Origin: the human T2T-CHM13v2.0 reference genome, Homo sapiens
Length of the DNA stretch: 64,000 bases
Assembly (NCBI RefSeq): GCF_009914755.1
Contig: NC_060940.1
Strand: one strand, 5' to 3'
A program made the translations under genes and the position numbers. The notes beneath the pieces were generated by a model. The model did not search any database. It was not told the DNA's origin and saw nothing but the letters and a program-made list of their open reading frames with translations. Below are positions 1 to 14,400 of this stretch, piece after piece (the stretch's first letter is position 1; the number at the start of each line of letters is the position of its first letter).

Positions 1-60
1 TGCATTCGATTCCATTCTATGATGATTCCATTCGAGTCCATTTGATGATTCCATTCAATT

Positions 61-3000
61 CAAGTCAATGATGATTCCATTCGATTCCACTCGATGATTC
101 CATTGGATTCCATTCGATGATGATTCCATTCAAATCCATTCGATAATTCAATTCAAGTCCATTCGATGATGATTCCAATCGAATCCATTCAAAGATTCCA
201 CTCAATTCCATTCGATGATGATTCCCTTAGATTCCATTCGATGATTCCACTTGATTCCATTTACGATGATTCCATTCGATTCCATGTGATGATTCCATTC
301 AATTCTATTCAATGATGTTTCCACTTGATTCCATTCGAACATGATTGCCTTTGATTCCATTCAATGATTCCATACGGTTCCATTTGATGATGATTCCATT
401 CGAGTGCATTAGATGATTCCATTCGAGTCCATTCGATGATTCCATTCGATTCCATTCGATGTTGATTCTGTTCAAATCCATTCGATGATTCCACTCGATT
501 CCATTCGATGACTCCATTTGATCCCATTCGATGATTTCCTTTGATTCCCTTTGATGATCATTACATTTGATTCAATTCGGTGATTTCATTTGATTCCATT
601 CAGTGATGTTTCCATTCAACTCCTTTCGATGATGATTCCATTCGACTCCATTCGATTATGATTTCATTCAATTCCATTCGATAATGATTCCCTTCAAGTC
701 CATTCGATGATTCCATTCGATTCCATTCAACGATGATTTGATTCGTGTCCATTCGATGATTCCATTTGATTCCATTTGATGATGATTCCATTCGACTCCA
801 TTTGATGATTCCATTCAATTCCATTCTCCGATGATTTCTTTTGAGCCCATTCAATGCTTCCACTCGATTCCATATGATGATGACTCCATTTGATGAAATT
901 CCATGATGATTCCATTCGCTTGCATTCGATGATGATTCCACTTGAGTCCGTTAGAAGATTCTATTCAATTACATTCCATGACGATTCTGTTCGAGTCCAT
1001 TTGATGATTCCATTAGACTCCATTCGACGATGATTCCATTCGATGTTATTCGATGATGCTTCCATTCAACTCCATTCGATGTTTCCATTCGAGTTCATTC
1101 TATTATTCCATTAGATTCCATTCGATGATGATTCCATTCGATTCCATTTGATGATTGCATTCTATTTCATTTGATGATGATTCCATTCGAGTCCATTCGA
1201 TGATTCCATTCGAGTCCATTTAATGAATCCATTGGTTTCAATTCTATGATGATTACATTGGATTCCATTCATTGATGATTTCATTCGATTCCATTCAATG
1301 ATGATTCCATTCAATTCCATTCAATGATTCCATTCAATTCCATACGATGATGATTCCATTTGATTTGATTCGACAGTGAGCCATTCGATTCAATTCCATG
1401 ATGATTCTATTTGATTCAATTGGTTGACATTTCCATTCGATTCCATTCGATGATGATTCCATTTGAGTCCATTCAAAGATGATTCCATTCTAGCCCATTC
1501 AATCATTCCATTCGATTCTATTCAATGATGATTCCATTCATGTCGATTTGGTGATTCCATTTGACTTCATTTGATGATGATTCCTTTCAAGTTCATTAGA
1601 TGATTCCATTCGATTCCATTTGATGATGATCCCATTCGAGTCTATTCAGTGATTCCACTCGTTTCCATTCCATGATGATTCCATTCCATTTCATTCAATG
1701 ATTCCATTCGATTCCGTTTGATGATGATTTCATTCGAGTCCATTTGATGATTCCATTTGATTCCATTTGATGATGATTACATTCGAGTCCATACGATGAT
1801 TCCACTCAATTCCATATGATGATGATTCCATTCGATTCCATTCGATGATTCCATTCTATTCTATTCAATGGTGATTCCATTCGAGTACATTAGATGATTC
1901 CATTCGATTCCATTCAATGATGATTCTATTTGTGTCCCTTAGATGGTTCCACATGATTCCATTTCATGATGATACTATTTGAGCCCATCCAATGATTCCC
2001 TTCGATTCCATTCGATGAGGATTCCATTCGATTCAATTCATTGGTGATTCTATTCAATTCAATTCTTTGATTCCATTCCATTCCATTCGACAATGATTCC
2101 ATTTGATTTCTTTCGATGATTCCACTCGATTCCACTTGACATTGATTCCATTCGATTCCATTCAATGATTCCGTTTGATTCCAGTGGATGATGATTGCCA
2201 TCGATTCCATTCGATCACTCCATTCTATTCCATTTGATGATGATTACATTCGATTCCATTTGATGATTCCATCTGATTCTATTCGAGGATTCCATTTGAT
2301 TCCATTCGATGATGATTCCATTCGAGTGCATTCGATGATTTCATTCGAGTACATCCAATGATTCCATTCGAGTCCATTTGATGATTCCATTTGATTCCAT
2401 TTGATTATGATTCTACTAGAGTCCATTCAATGACTCGTTTCGAATCCATTCAACAATTCCATTCGAGGCCATTCGATGATTCCATTTCATGATTCCATTC
2501 GAGTCCATTTAATCATTACAGTCGAGTCCATTTGGTGATTCCACTGGATTTCTTTTGATAATGATACCATTCAATTACATTTGATGATGATCCCATTCAA
2601 TTTCATTTGATGGTGATTCCATTAGAGTCCATTCAATGATTTCATTCAAGTCCATTTGACGATTCCTTTCAATTCCATTCTATGATGATTCACTTCTCGT
2701 CCATTGGATGATTCCATTTCATTCCATTCGATGATGATTCCATTCGATTCCATTCGATGATTCCATTCGATTGCATTCGATGATTCCATTATATTCCAGT
2801 CAACGATGATTCCATTCGAGTCCATTCGATGATTCCATTAGAGTACATTTAATGATTGCTTTGTTTTCAATTCGAAGATGATTACATTGGATTCCATTCT
2901 ATGATACCATTCGATTCCATTCAATGATGATTCCACTCAAATCCATTGGATGATTCCATTCGTGTCCATTCGGTGATTTCATTAGATTCCATTCGAGGAT

Positions 3001-5407
3001 GATTCCATTCGATTCCATTCGATGATTCCATTCAATTCCATTCGATGATGATTCCATTCCAGTCCATATGATCATTCCATTTGATTTCATTCGATGATGA
3101 TTCCATTCGATTCCATTCGACGATTCCATTCTATTCCATTCGATGATGATTCCATTCGAGTCCATTCGATGATTCCATTCGAGTCCATTTAATGATTCCA
3201 TTGGGTTCAATTCAATGATGATTACATTGGATTCCGTTCTATGATTCCATTCAATTCCGTTCATTGACAATTTGATTCCATTCGATGATGATTCCATTTG
3301 AGTTCATTCGATGATTCTATTCGATTCTCTTCGATGGTGATTCAATTCTATTATATTGGATGATTCCATTCGATTCCATTTGATGTTGATTCAATTCGAT
3401 TCTATTCGATGATGATTCCATTGGATTTCACTTGATGATTCTATTCGATTCCATTCAATGATGATTCACTTCTCGTCCATTGGATGATTCCATTTCATTC
3501 CATTCGATGATGATTCTATTCGATTCCATTCGATGATTCCATTTGATTCCATGCGACGGTGAGCAATTCGATTCAATTCCATGATGATTCTATTTGATTC
3601 AATTAGATGATGTTTCCATTCGAATCCATTCCATGATTATTCCATTGGAATCCATTCGGCGATGATTCCATATGAGTCAATTCAATGATGATTCCATATG
3701 GGTCCGTTCGATGATAATTCCATTTGATTTCATTCGGTGCTTCTATTCAATTCCAGTCGATGATGATTCCGTTGGAGTCCATACGATGATTCCATTTGAT
3801 TTCATTTGATGATGATTCCATTCGATGATGATTACATTGGATTCCATTCTATGATTCCATTCAATTCCATTCGTTGATGATTCGATTCCATTAAATGATG
3901 ATTCCATTTGAGTTCATTCGATGATTCTATTCGATTCCGTTCGATGGTGATTCAATTCTCTTATATTGGATGAATCCACTCGATTCCATTTGATGATTAT
4001 TCCATTGGAGTCCACTTAGTGAATCCTTCAGATTCTACTCGAAGATGATTCCATTCAAGTCCTTTCGATGATACCATTCAATTCCATTCGTTGATGCTTC
4101 CATTCAAGTGCATTCGATGATATCATTCGATTCCATTTGATGATAATTCCATTTGATTCCATGCGATGATTCTATTCGATTCCATTCAATGATAATTCCA
4201 TTCAGTTCAGTGATTCCTCTGGACTCCATTTGATGATGATTCCATTCAATGATTCCATTCGATTCTATTCGAAAATGATTCCATTTGAATCCATTTGATG
4301 ATGATTCCATTAGATTCCATTTGATGATTCCATTCGATTCCATGCGACGATGATTCCATTCGATTCCATGTGATGATTCCATTCTATTCTATTCGATGAT
4401 GATTCCATTCGATTCCATTCGATGATGATTGGATTCGATTCCATTTGATTCCATTCGATAATGATTTCGATCAATTCCATTCGATGATTCCATTCGATTC
4501 CATTCGATAATGATTACATCCGAGTCCATTCGATGATTCCATTTGAGCCCGTTCGATAATTCCATTTGAGTCCAATCAATGATTCCATTCATTTCCATTC
4601 AATGATTCCATTCGAGTCCATTTGATCATTCCGGTAGGGTCCGTTCGATGTTGATTCCATTGGTGTGCATTCGATGATTCCATTCGAGTCCATTTTAGGA
4701 TTTGATTCGAGTCCTTTCGATGATTCCATTCGATTCCACTCGATGATTTCATTCGAGTCCATTCGACACTTCCAATCGATTCCATTTGATGTTTCCATTC
4801 GATTCCAATTGATGATTCCATTCAATTCCATTCGATGATGATTCCGTACGATTCCATTCTGTGATGATTCCATGTGATTGCATTCAATGATGATTCCTTT
4901 CGATTGCATTCGATTATGATTCATTTCGTGTTCATTCTATGGTTCCACAGGTTTCCATTCGTGTCCATTCCATTATTCCATTCTATTCCATTTGATGATG
5001 ATTCCATTCGATTCCATTCATTGGTGATTCCACTCAATTCCATTCAATGATTCCATTCCATTTCTTTCAACAATGATTCCATTAGTTTCTAATCGATGAT
5101 CCACTTGATTCCATTTGACGACGATTCCATTCTTGTCCATTCGATGATTCCATTTGATTCCATACGATGATGATTCCATTCGATTCCATACGATGATGAT
5201 TCCATTCGAGTCCATTCAATGGTGATTCCATTCAATTCCATTCGGTGATTCCTTTCGATTCCATTCGATGATGATGGCATTCGATTCCTTTCAATCATTC
5301 CATTTGATTCCATTCAAAGGTGATTTCATTCAAGTCCATTCGATAATTGCATTCGATTCCATTCTATGAGGATTCCATTCGAGTCCATTTGATGATTCCA
5401 TTCAATT
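61..5407 (+). repeat. ~6.1-kb HOR family, copy 1 (deleted variant, 5,347 bp)
   Basis: Landmark CAAGTCAATG at 61 and 5408. Relative to copy 2 it lacks ~72, 23, 170, 10 and 526 bp and has a 49-bp insertion, judged from shifts in landmark offsets. Confidence 0.85.
3595..3605 (-). promoter_or_regulatory. DUX4-consensus match TAATTGAATCA (also 9691, 15780, 21843)
   Basis: + strand TGATTCAATTA; its reverse complement fits TAAYBBAATCA. Motif match only, no occupancy data. Confidence 0.5.
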
Positions 5408-8400
5408 CAAGTCAATGATGATTCCATTCGATTCCATTCGATGATTCCATTGGATTCCATTCGATGATGATTCCATTCAAATCCATTCGATAATTCAATT
5501 CAAGTCCATTCGATGATGATTCCAATCGAATCCATTCAAAGATTCCATTCAGTTCCATTCGATGATTCCCTTAGATTCCATTCGATGATTCCACTTGATT
5601 CCATTTACGATGATTCCATTCGATTCCATGTGATGATTCCATTCAATTCTATTCAATGCTTTTTCCATTTGATTCCATTCGACCATGATTGCCTTTGATT
5701 CCATTCAATGATTCCATTCGGTTCCTTTTGATGATGATTCCTTTCGATTCCATTTGATGATTCCACTGGATTCCATTGGATGAGTCCATTCGATTACATT
5801 CGATGATTATTCCATTCGAGTGCATTAGATGATTCCATTCGAGTCCATTCGATGATTCCATTCGATTCCATTCGATGTTGATTCTGTTCAAATCCATTCG
5901 ATGATTCCACTCGATTCCATTCGATGACTCCATTTGATCCCATTCGATGATTTCCTTTGATTCCCTTTGATGATCATTCCATTTGATTCAATTCGGTGAT
6001 TTCATTGGATTCCATTCAGTGATGTTTCCATTCGACTCCATTCGATGATGATTCCATTCGACTCCATTCGATTATGATTTCATTCAATTCCATTCGATAA
6101 TGATTCCCTTCGAGTCCATTCGATGATTCCATTCGATTCCATTCAACGATGATTTGATTCGTGTCCATTCGATGATTCCATTTGATTCCACTTGATGATG
6201 ATTCCATTCGAGTCCATTTGATGATTCCATTCAATTCCATTCTCCGATGATTTCTTTTGAGCCCATTCAATGCTTCCACTCGATTCCATATGATGATGAC
6301 TCCATTCGATGAAATTCGATGATGATTCCATTCGCTTGCATTCGATGATGATTCCACTTGAGTCCGTTAGAAGATTCTATTCAATTACATTCCATGACGA
6401 TTCCGTTCGAGTCCATTTGATGATTCCATTAGACTCCATTCGACGATGATTCCATTCGATGTTATTCGATGATTCCATTCGATCTCATTCGATGATGATT
6501 CCATTCAACTCCATTCGATGTTTCCATTCGAGTTCATTCTATTATTCCATTAGATTCCATTCGATGATGATTCCATTCGATTCCATTTGATGATTGCATT
6601 CTATTTCATTTGATGATGATTCCATTCGAGTCCACTCGATGATTCCATTCGAGTCCATTTAATGAATCCATTGGTTTCAATTCTATGATGATTACATTGG
6701 ATTCCATTCGTTGATGATTTCATTCGGTTCCATTCAATGATGATTCCATTCAATTCCTTTCAATGTTTCCATTCAATTCCATACGATGATGATTCCATTT
6801 GATTTGATTCGACAGTGAGCCATTCGATTCAATTCCATGATGATTCTATTTTATTCCATTGGTTGACATTTCCATTCGATTCCATTCGATGATGATTCCC
6901 TTTGATTCCATTCAAAGATGATTCCATTCTAGCCCATTCAATCATTCCATTCGATTCTATTCAATGATGATTCCATTCATGTCGATTTGGTGATTCCATT
7001 TGACTTCATTTGATGATGATTCCTTTCAAGTTCATTAGATGATTCCATTCGATTCCATTTGATGATGATCCCATTCGAGTCCATTCAGTGATTCCATTCG
7101 TTTCCATTCCATGATGATTCCATTCCATTCCATTCAATGATTCCATTCGATTCCGTTTGATGATGATTTCATTCGAGTCCATTTGATGATTCCATTTGAT
7201 TCCATTCGATGATGATTCCATTCGAGTCCATTCGATGATTCTATTCGAATCCATTTGATGATTTCTTTTGATTATATTTGGTGATGATTCCATTGGAGTC
7301 CATTCAATGATTCCATTCGATTCCAATCGATGGTGATTCCATTAGAGTCCATTTAATGATTCCATTTGATTCCAGTCTCTGATGATTACATTCGAGTCCA
7401 TACGATGATTCCACTCAATTCCATATGATGATGATTCCATTCGATTCCATTCGATGATTCCATTCTATTCTATTCAATGGTGATTCCATTCGAGTACATT
7501 AGATGATTCCATTCGATTCCATTCAATGATGATTCTATTTGTGTCCCTTAGATGATTCCACATGATTCCATTAGATGATGATACTATTTGAGCCCATCCA
7601 ATGATTCCCTTCGATTCCATTCGATGAGGATTCCATTCGATTCAATTCATTGGTGATTCTATTCAATTCAATTCTTTGATTCCATTCCATTCCATTCGAC
7701 AATGATTCCATTCGATTTCTTTCGATGATTCCACTCGATTCCACTTGACATTGATTCCATTCGATTCCATTCAATGATTCCATTTGATTCCAGTGGATGA
7801 TGATTGCCATCGATTCCATTCGATCACTCCATTCTATTCCATTTAATGATAATTACATTCGATTACATTTGATGATTCCATCTGATTCTATTCGAGGATT
7901 CCATTTGATTCCATTCGATGATGATTCCATTCGAGTCCATTCGATGATTTCATTCGAGTACATCCAATGATTCCATTCGAGTCCATTTGATGATTCCATT
8001 TGATTCCATTTGATAATGATTCTACTAGAGTCCATTCAATGACTCCATTGGAGTCCATTCAACAATTCCATTCGACTCCATTTGATGATTCCATTGGATT
8101 CCATTTGATGATTCCATTCGAGTCCATTTAATCATTACCGTCGAGTCCATTTGGTGATTCCACCGGATTTCTTTTGATAATGATACCATTCAATTACATT
8201 TGATGATGATCCCATTCAATTTCATTTGATGATGATTCCATTAGAGTCCATTCGATGATTTCATTCGAGTCCCTTCATTGATTCCATCCGATTTCATTGG
8301 ATGATGACTCCATTCGAGTCCATTCGATGATTCCACTCGATTCCATTAGATGATTCCATTGGAGTCCATTTCATTGTTCCATTCGATTCCATTCGATTCC

Positions 8401-11400
8401 TTTCGAAGATTATTCCATTTGAGTCCATTCGATGATGATTCCATTCCATTCCATTCGATGATTCCGTTTGATTCCATTCGATGATTCCCTTCGATTCCTT
8501 TCTTTGATGATTCCATTCCATTCCATTCAATGATTCCATTCGAATCTATTCCATGATGATTCCTTTCGATTCCATTCGCTGATGTTTCCGTTCAATTCCA
8601 TTCGATGATGATTCCATTCGATTCCATTCATTGAGGATTCCATTTGATTCCATTCAATGATGATTCCGTTCTATTCCATTCAATGATTGCATTCAATTCC
8701 ATTCAGTGATTATCCCCTTAGAGTAAACTCAACGATTCCATTCAATACCATTCGATGATGATTCCTTTTGAGTCCATTCAATGATTTCATTCAAGTCCAT
8801 TTGATGATTCCTTTCAATTCCATTCTATGATGATTCCATTCGAGTCCATTCGATGATTCCATTCGATTGCATTCGATGATTACATTATATTCCAGTCAAC
8901 GATGATTCCATTCGAGTCCATTCGATGATTCCATTAGAGTACATTTAATGATTGCTTTGTTTTCAATTCGAAGATGATTACATTGGATTCCATTCTATGA
9001 TACCATTCGATTCCATTCAATGATGATTCCACTCAAATCCATTGGATGATTCCATTCGTGTCCATTCGGTGATTTCATTAGATTCCATTCGAGGATGATT
9101 CCATTCGATTCCATTCGATGATTCCATTCAATTCCATTCGATGATGATTCCATTCCAGTCCATATGATCATTCCATTTGATTTCATTCGATGATGATTCC
9201 ATTCGATTCCATTCGATGATTCCATTCTATTCCATTCGATGATGATTCCATTCGAGTCCATTCGATGATTCCATTCGAGTCCATTTAATGATTCCATTGG
9301 GTTCAATTCAATGATGATTACATTGGATTCCGTTCTATGATTCCATTCAATTCCGTTCATTGACAATTTGATTCCATTCGATGATGATTCCATTTGAGTT
9401 CATTCGATGATTCTATTCGATTCTCTTCGATGGTGATTCAATTCTATTATATTGGATGATTCCATTCGATTCCATTTGATGTTGATTCAATTCGATTCTA
9501 TTCGATGATGATTCCATTGGATTTCACTTGATGATTCTATTCGATTCCATTCAATGATGATTCACTTCTCGTCCATTGTATGATTCCATTTCATTCCATT
9601 CGATGATGATTCCATTCGATTCCATTCGATGATTCCATTTGATTCCATGCGTCGGTGAGCAATTCGATTCAATTCCATGATGATTCTATTTGATTCAATT
9701 AGATGATGTTTCCATTCGAATCCATTCCATGATTATTCCATTGGAATCCATTCGGCGATGATTCCATATGAGTCAATTCAATGATGATTCCATATGGGTC
9801 CGTTCGATGATAATTCCATTTGATTTCATTCGGTGCTTCTATTCAATTCCAGTCGATGATGATTCCGTTGGAGTCCATACGATGATTCCATTTGATTTCA
9901 TTTGATGATGATTCCATTCGATGATGATTACATTGGATTCCATTCTATGATTCCATTCAATTCCATTCGTTGATGATTCGATTCCATTCAATGATGATTC
10001 CATTTGAGTTCATTCGATGATTCTATTCGATTCCGTTCGATGGTGATTCAATTCTCTTATATTGGATGAATCCACTCGATTCCATTTGATGATTATTCCA
10101 TTGGAGTCCACTTAGTGAATCCTTCAGATTCTACTCGAAGATGATTCCATTCAAGTCCATTCGATGATACCATTCAATTCCATTCGTTGATGCTTCCATT
10201 CAAGTGCATTCGATGATATCATTCGATTCCATTTGATGATAATTCCATTTGATTTCATGCGATGATTCTATTCGATTCCATTCAATGATAATTCCATTCA
10301 GTTCAGTGATTCCTCTGGACTCCATTTGATGATGATTCCATTCAATGATTCCATTCGATTCTATTCGAAAGTGATTCCATTTGAATCCATTTGATGATGA
10401 TTCCATTCGATTCCATGCGACGATGATTCCATTCGATTCCATGTGATGATTCCATTCTATTCTATTCGATGATGATTCCATTCGATTCCATTCGATGATG
10501 ATTGGATTCGATTCCATTTGATGATATCATTTGATTCCATTCGTTAATGATTTCGATCAATTCCATTCGATGATTCCATTCGATTCCATTCGATAATGAT
10601 TACATCCGTGTCCATTCAGTGATTCCATTTGAGCCTGTTCGATAATTCCATTTGAGTCCAACCAATGATTCCATTCATTTCCATTCAATGATTCCATTCG
10701 AGTCCATTTGATCATTCCGGTAGGGTCCATTCGATGTTGATTCCATTGGAGTGCATTCGATGATTCCATTCGAGTCCATTTTACGATTTGATTCGAGTCC
10801 TTTTGATGATTCCATTCGATTCCACTCGATGATGATTTCATTCGAGTCCATTCGACACTTCCAATCGATTCCATTTGATGTTTCCATTCGAGTCCAATTG
10901 ATGATTCCATTCAATTCCATTCGATGATGATTCCGTAGGATTCCATTCTGTGATGATTCCATGTGATTGCATTCAATGATGATTCCTTTAGATTGCATTC
11001 GATTGTGATTCATTTCGTCTTCATTCTATGGTTCCACAGGTTTCCATTCGTGTCCATTCCATTATTCCATTCTATTCCATTTGATGATGATTCCATTCGA
11101 TTCCATTCATTGGTGATTCCACTCAATTCCATTCAATGATTCCATTCCATTTCTTTCAACAATGATTCCATTAGTTTCTAATCGATGATCCACTTGATTC
11201 CATTTGACGACGATTCCATTCTTGTCCATTCGATGATTCCATTTGATTCCATATGATGATGATTCCATTCGATTCCATACGATGATGATTCCATTCGAGT
11301 CCATTCAATGGTGATTCCATTCAATTCCATTCGATGATTCCTTTCGATTCCATTCGATGATGATGGCATTCGATTCCTTTCAATCATTCCCTTTGATTCC

Positions 11401-11496
11401 ATTCAAAGGTGATTTCATTCAAGTCCATTCGATAATTGCATTCGATTCCATTCTATGATGATTCCATTCGAGTCCATTTGATGATTCCATTCAATT
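5408..11496 (+). repeat. ~6.1-kb HOR copy 2 (6,089 bp)
   Basis: Landmark CAAGTCAATG at 5408 and 11497. ORF-track offsets 6016->12105 and 8995->15084 both equal 6089. Confidence 0.9.
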
Positions 11497-14400
11497 CAAG
11501 TCAATGATGATTCCATTCGATTCCATTCGATGATTCCATTGGATTCCATTCGATGATGATTCCATTCAAATCCATTCGATAATTCAATTCAAGTCCATTC
11601 GATGATGATTAAAATCGAATCCATTCAAAGATTCCATTCAGTTCCATTCGATGATTCCCTTAGATTCCATTCGATGATTCCACTTGATTTCATTTACGAT
11701 GATTCCATTCGATTCCATGTGATGATTCCATTCAATTCTATTCAATGCTGTTTCCATTTGATTCCATTCGACCATGATTGCCTTTGATTCCATTCAATGA
11801 CTCCATTCGGTTCCTTTTGATGATGATTCCGTTCGATTCCATTTGATGATTCCATTTGATTCCATTGGATGAGTCCATTCGATTACATTCGATGATTATT
11901 CCATTCGAGTGCATTAGATGATTCCATTCGAGTCCATTCGATGATTCCATTCGATTCCATTCGATGTTGATTCTGTTCAAATCCATTCGATGATTCCACT
12001 CGATTCCATTCGATGACTCCAGTTGATCCCATTCGATGATTTCCTTTGATTCCCTTTGATGATCATTCCATTTGATTCAATTCGGTGATTTCATTTGATT
12101 CCATTCAGTGATGTTTCCATTCGACTCCATTCGATGATGATTCCATTCGACTCCATTCGATTATGATTTCATTCAATTCCATTCGATAATGATTCCCTTC
12201 GAGTCCATTCGATGATTCCATTCGATTCCATTCAACGATGATTTGATTCGTGTCCATTCGATGATTCCATTTGATTCCACTTGATGATGATTCCATTCGA
12301 GTCCATTTGATGATTCCATTCAATTCCATTCTCCGATGATTTCTTTTGAGCCCACTCAATGCTTCCACTCGATTCCATATGATGATGACTCCATTCGATG
12401 AAATTCGATGATGATTCCATTCGCTTGCATTCGATGATGATTCCACTTGAGTCCATTAGAAGATTCTATTCAATTACATTCCATGACGATTCCGTTCGAG
12501 TCCATTTGATGATTCCATTAGACTCCATTCGACGATGATTCCATTCGATGTTATTCGATGATTCCATTCGATCTCATTCGATGATGATTCCATTCAACTC
12601 CATTCGATGTTTCCATTCGAGTTCATTCTATTATTCCATTAGATTCCATTCGATGATGATTCCATTCGATTCCATTTGATGATTGCATTCTATTTCATTT
12701 GATGATGATTCCATTCGAGTCCACTCGATGATTCCATTCGAGTCCATTTAATGAATCCATTGGTTTCAATTCTATGATGATTACATTGGATTCCATTCGT
12801 TGATGATTTCATTCGGTTCCATTCAATGATGATTCCATTCAATTCCTTTCAATGTTTCCATTCAATTCCATACGATGATGATTCCATTTGATTTGATTCG
12901 ACAGTGAGCCATTCGATTCAATTCCATGATGATTCTATTTGATTCCATTGGTTGACATTTCCATTCGATTCCATTCGATGATGATTCCCTTTGATTCCAT
13001 TCAAAGATGATTCCATTCTAGCCCATTCAATCATTCCATTCGATTCTATTCAATGATGATTCCATTCATGTCGATTTGGTGATTCCATTTGACTTCATTT
13101 GATGATGATTCCTTTCAAGTTCATTAGATGATTCCATTCGATTCCATTTGATGATGATCCCATTCGAGTCCATTCAGTGATTCCACTCGTTTCCATTCCA
13201 TGATGATTCCATTCCATTCCATTCAATGATTCCATTCGATTCCGTTTGATGATGATTTCATTCGAGTCCATTTGATGATTCCATTTGATTCCATTCGATG
13301 ATGATTCCATTCGAGTCCATTCGATGATTCTATTCGAATCCATTTGATGATTTCTTTTGATTATATTTGGTGATGATTCCATTGGAGTCCATTCAATGAT
13401 TCCATTCGATTCCAATCGATGGTGATTCCATTAGAGTCCATTTAATGATTCCATTTGATTCCAGTCTCTGATGATTACATTCGAGTCCATACGATGATTC
13501 CACTCAATTCCATATCATGATGATTCCATTCGATTCCATTCGATGATTCCATTCTATTCTATTCAATGGTGATTCCATTCGAGTACATTAGATGATTCCA
13601 TTCGATTCCATTCAATGATGATTCTATTTGTGTCCCTTAGATGATTCCACATGATTCCATTAGATGATGATACTATTTGAGCCCATCCAATGATTCCCTT
13701 CGATTCCATTCGATGAGGATTCCATTCGATTCAATTCATTGGTGATTCTATTCAATTCAATTCTTTGATTCCATTCCATTCCATTCGACAATGATTCCAT
13801 TCGATTTCTTTCGATGATTCCACTCGATTCCACTTGACATTGATTCCCTTCGATTCCATTCAATGATTCCATTTGATTCCAGTGGATGATGATTGCCATC
13901 GATTCCATTTGATCACTCCATTCTATTCCACTTGATGATGATTACATTCGATTCCATTTGACGATTCCATCTGATTCTATTCGAGGATTCCATTTGATTC
14001 CATTCGATGATGATTCCATTCGAGTCCATTCGATGATATCATTCGAGTACATCCAATGATTCCATTCGAGTCCATTTGATGATTCCATTTGATTCCATTT
14101 GATAATGATTCTACTAGAGTCCATTCAATGACTCCATTGGAGTCCATTCAACAATTCCATTCGACTCCATTTGATGATTCCATTGGATTCCATTTGATGA
14201 TTCCATTCGAGTCCATTTAATCATTACAGTCGAGTCCATTTGGTGATTCCACCGGCTTTCTTTTGATAATGATACCATTCAATTACATTTGATGATGATC
14301 CCATTCAATTTCATTTGATGATGATTCCATTAGAGTCCATTCGATGATTTCATTCGAGTCCCTTCATTGATTCCATCCGATTTCATTAGATGATGACTCC

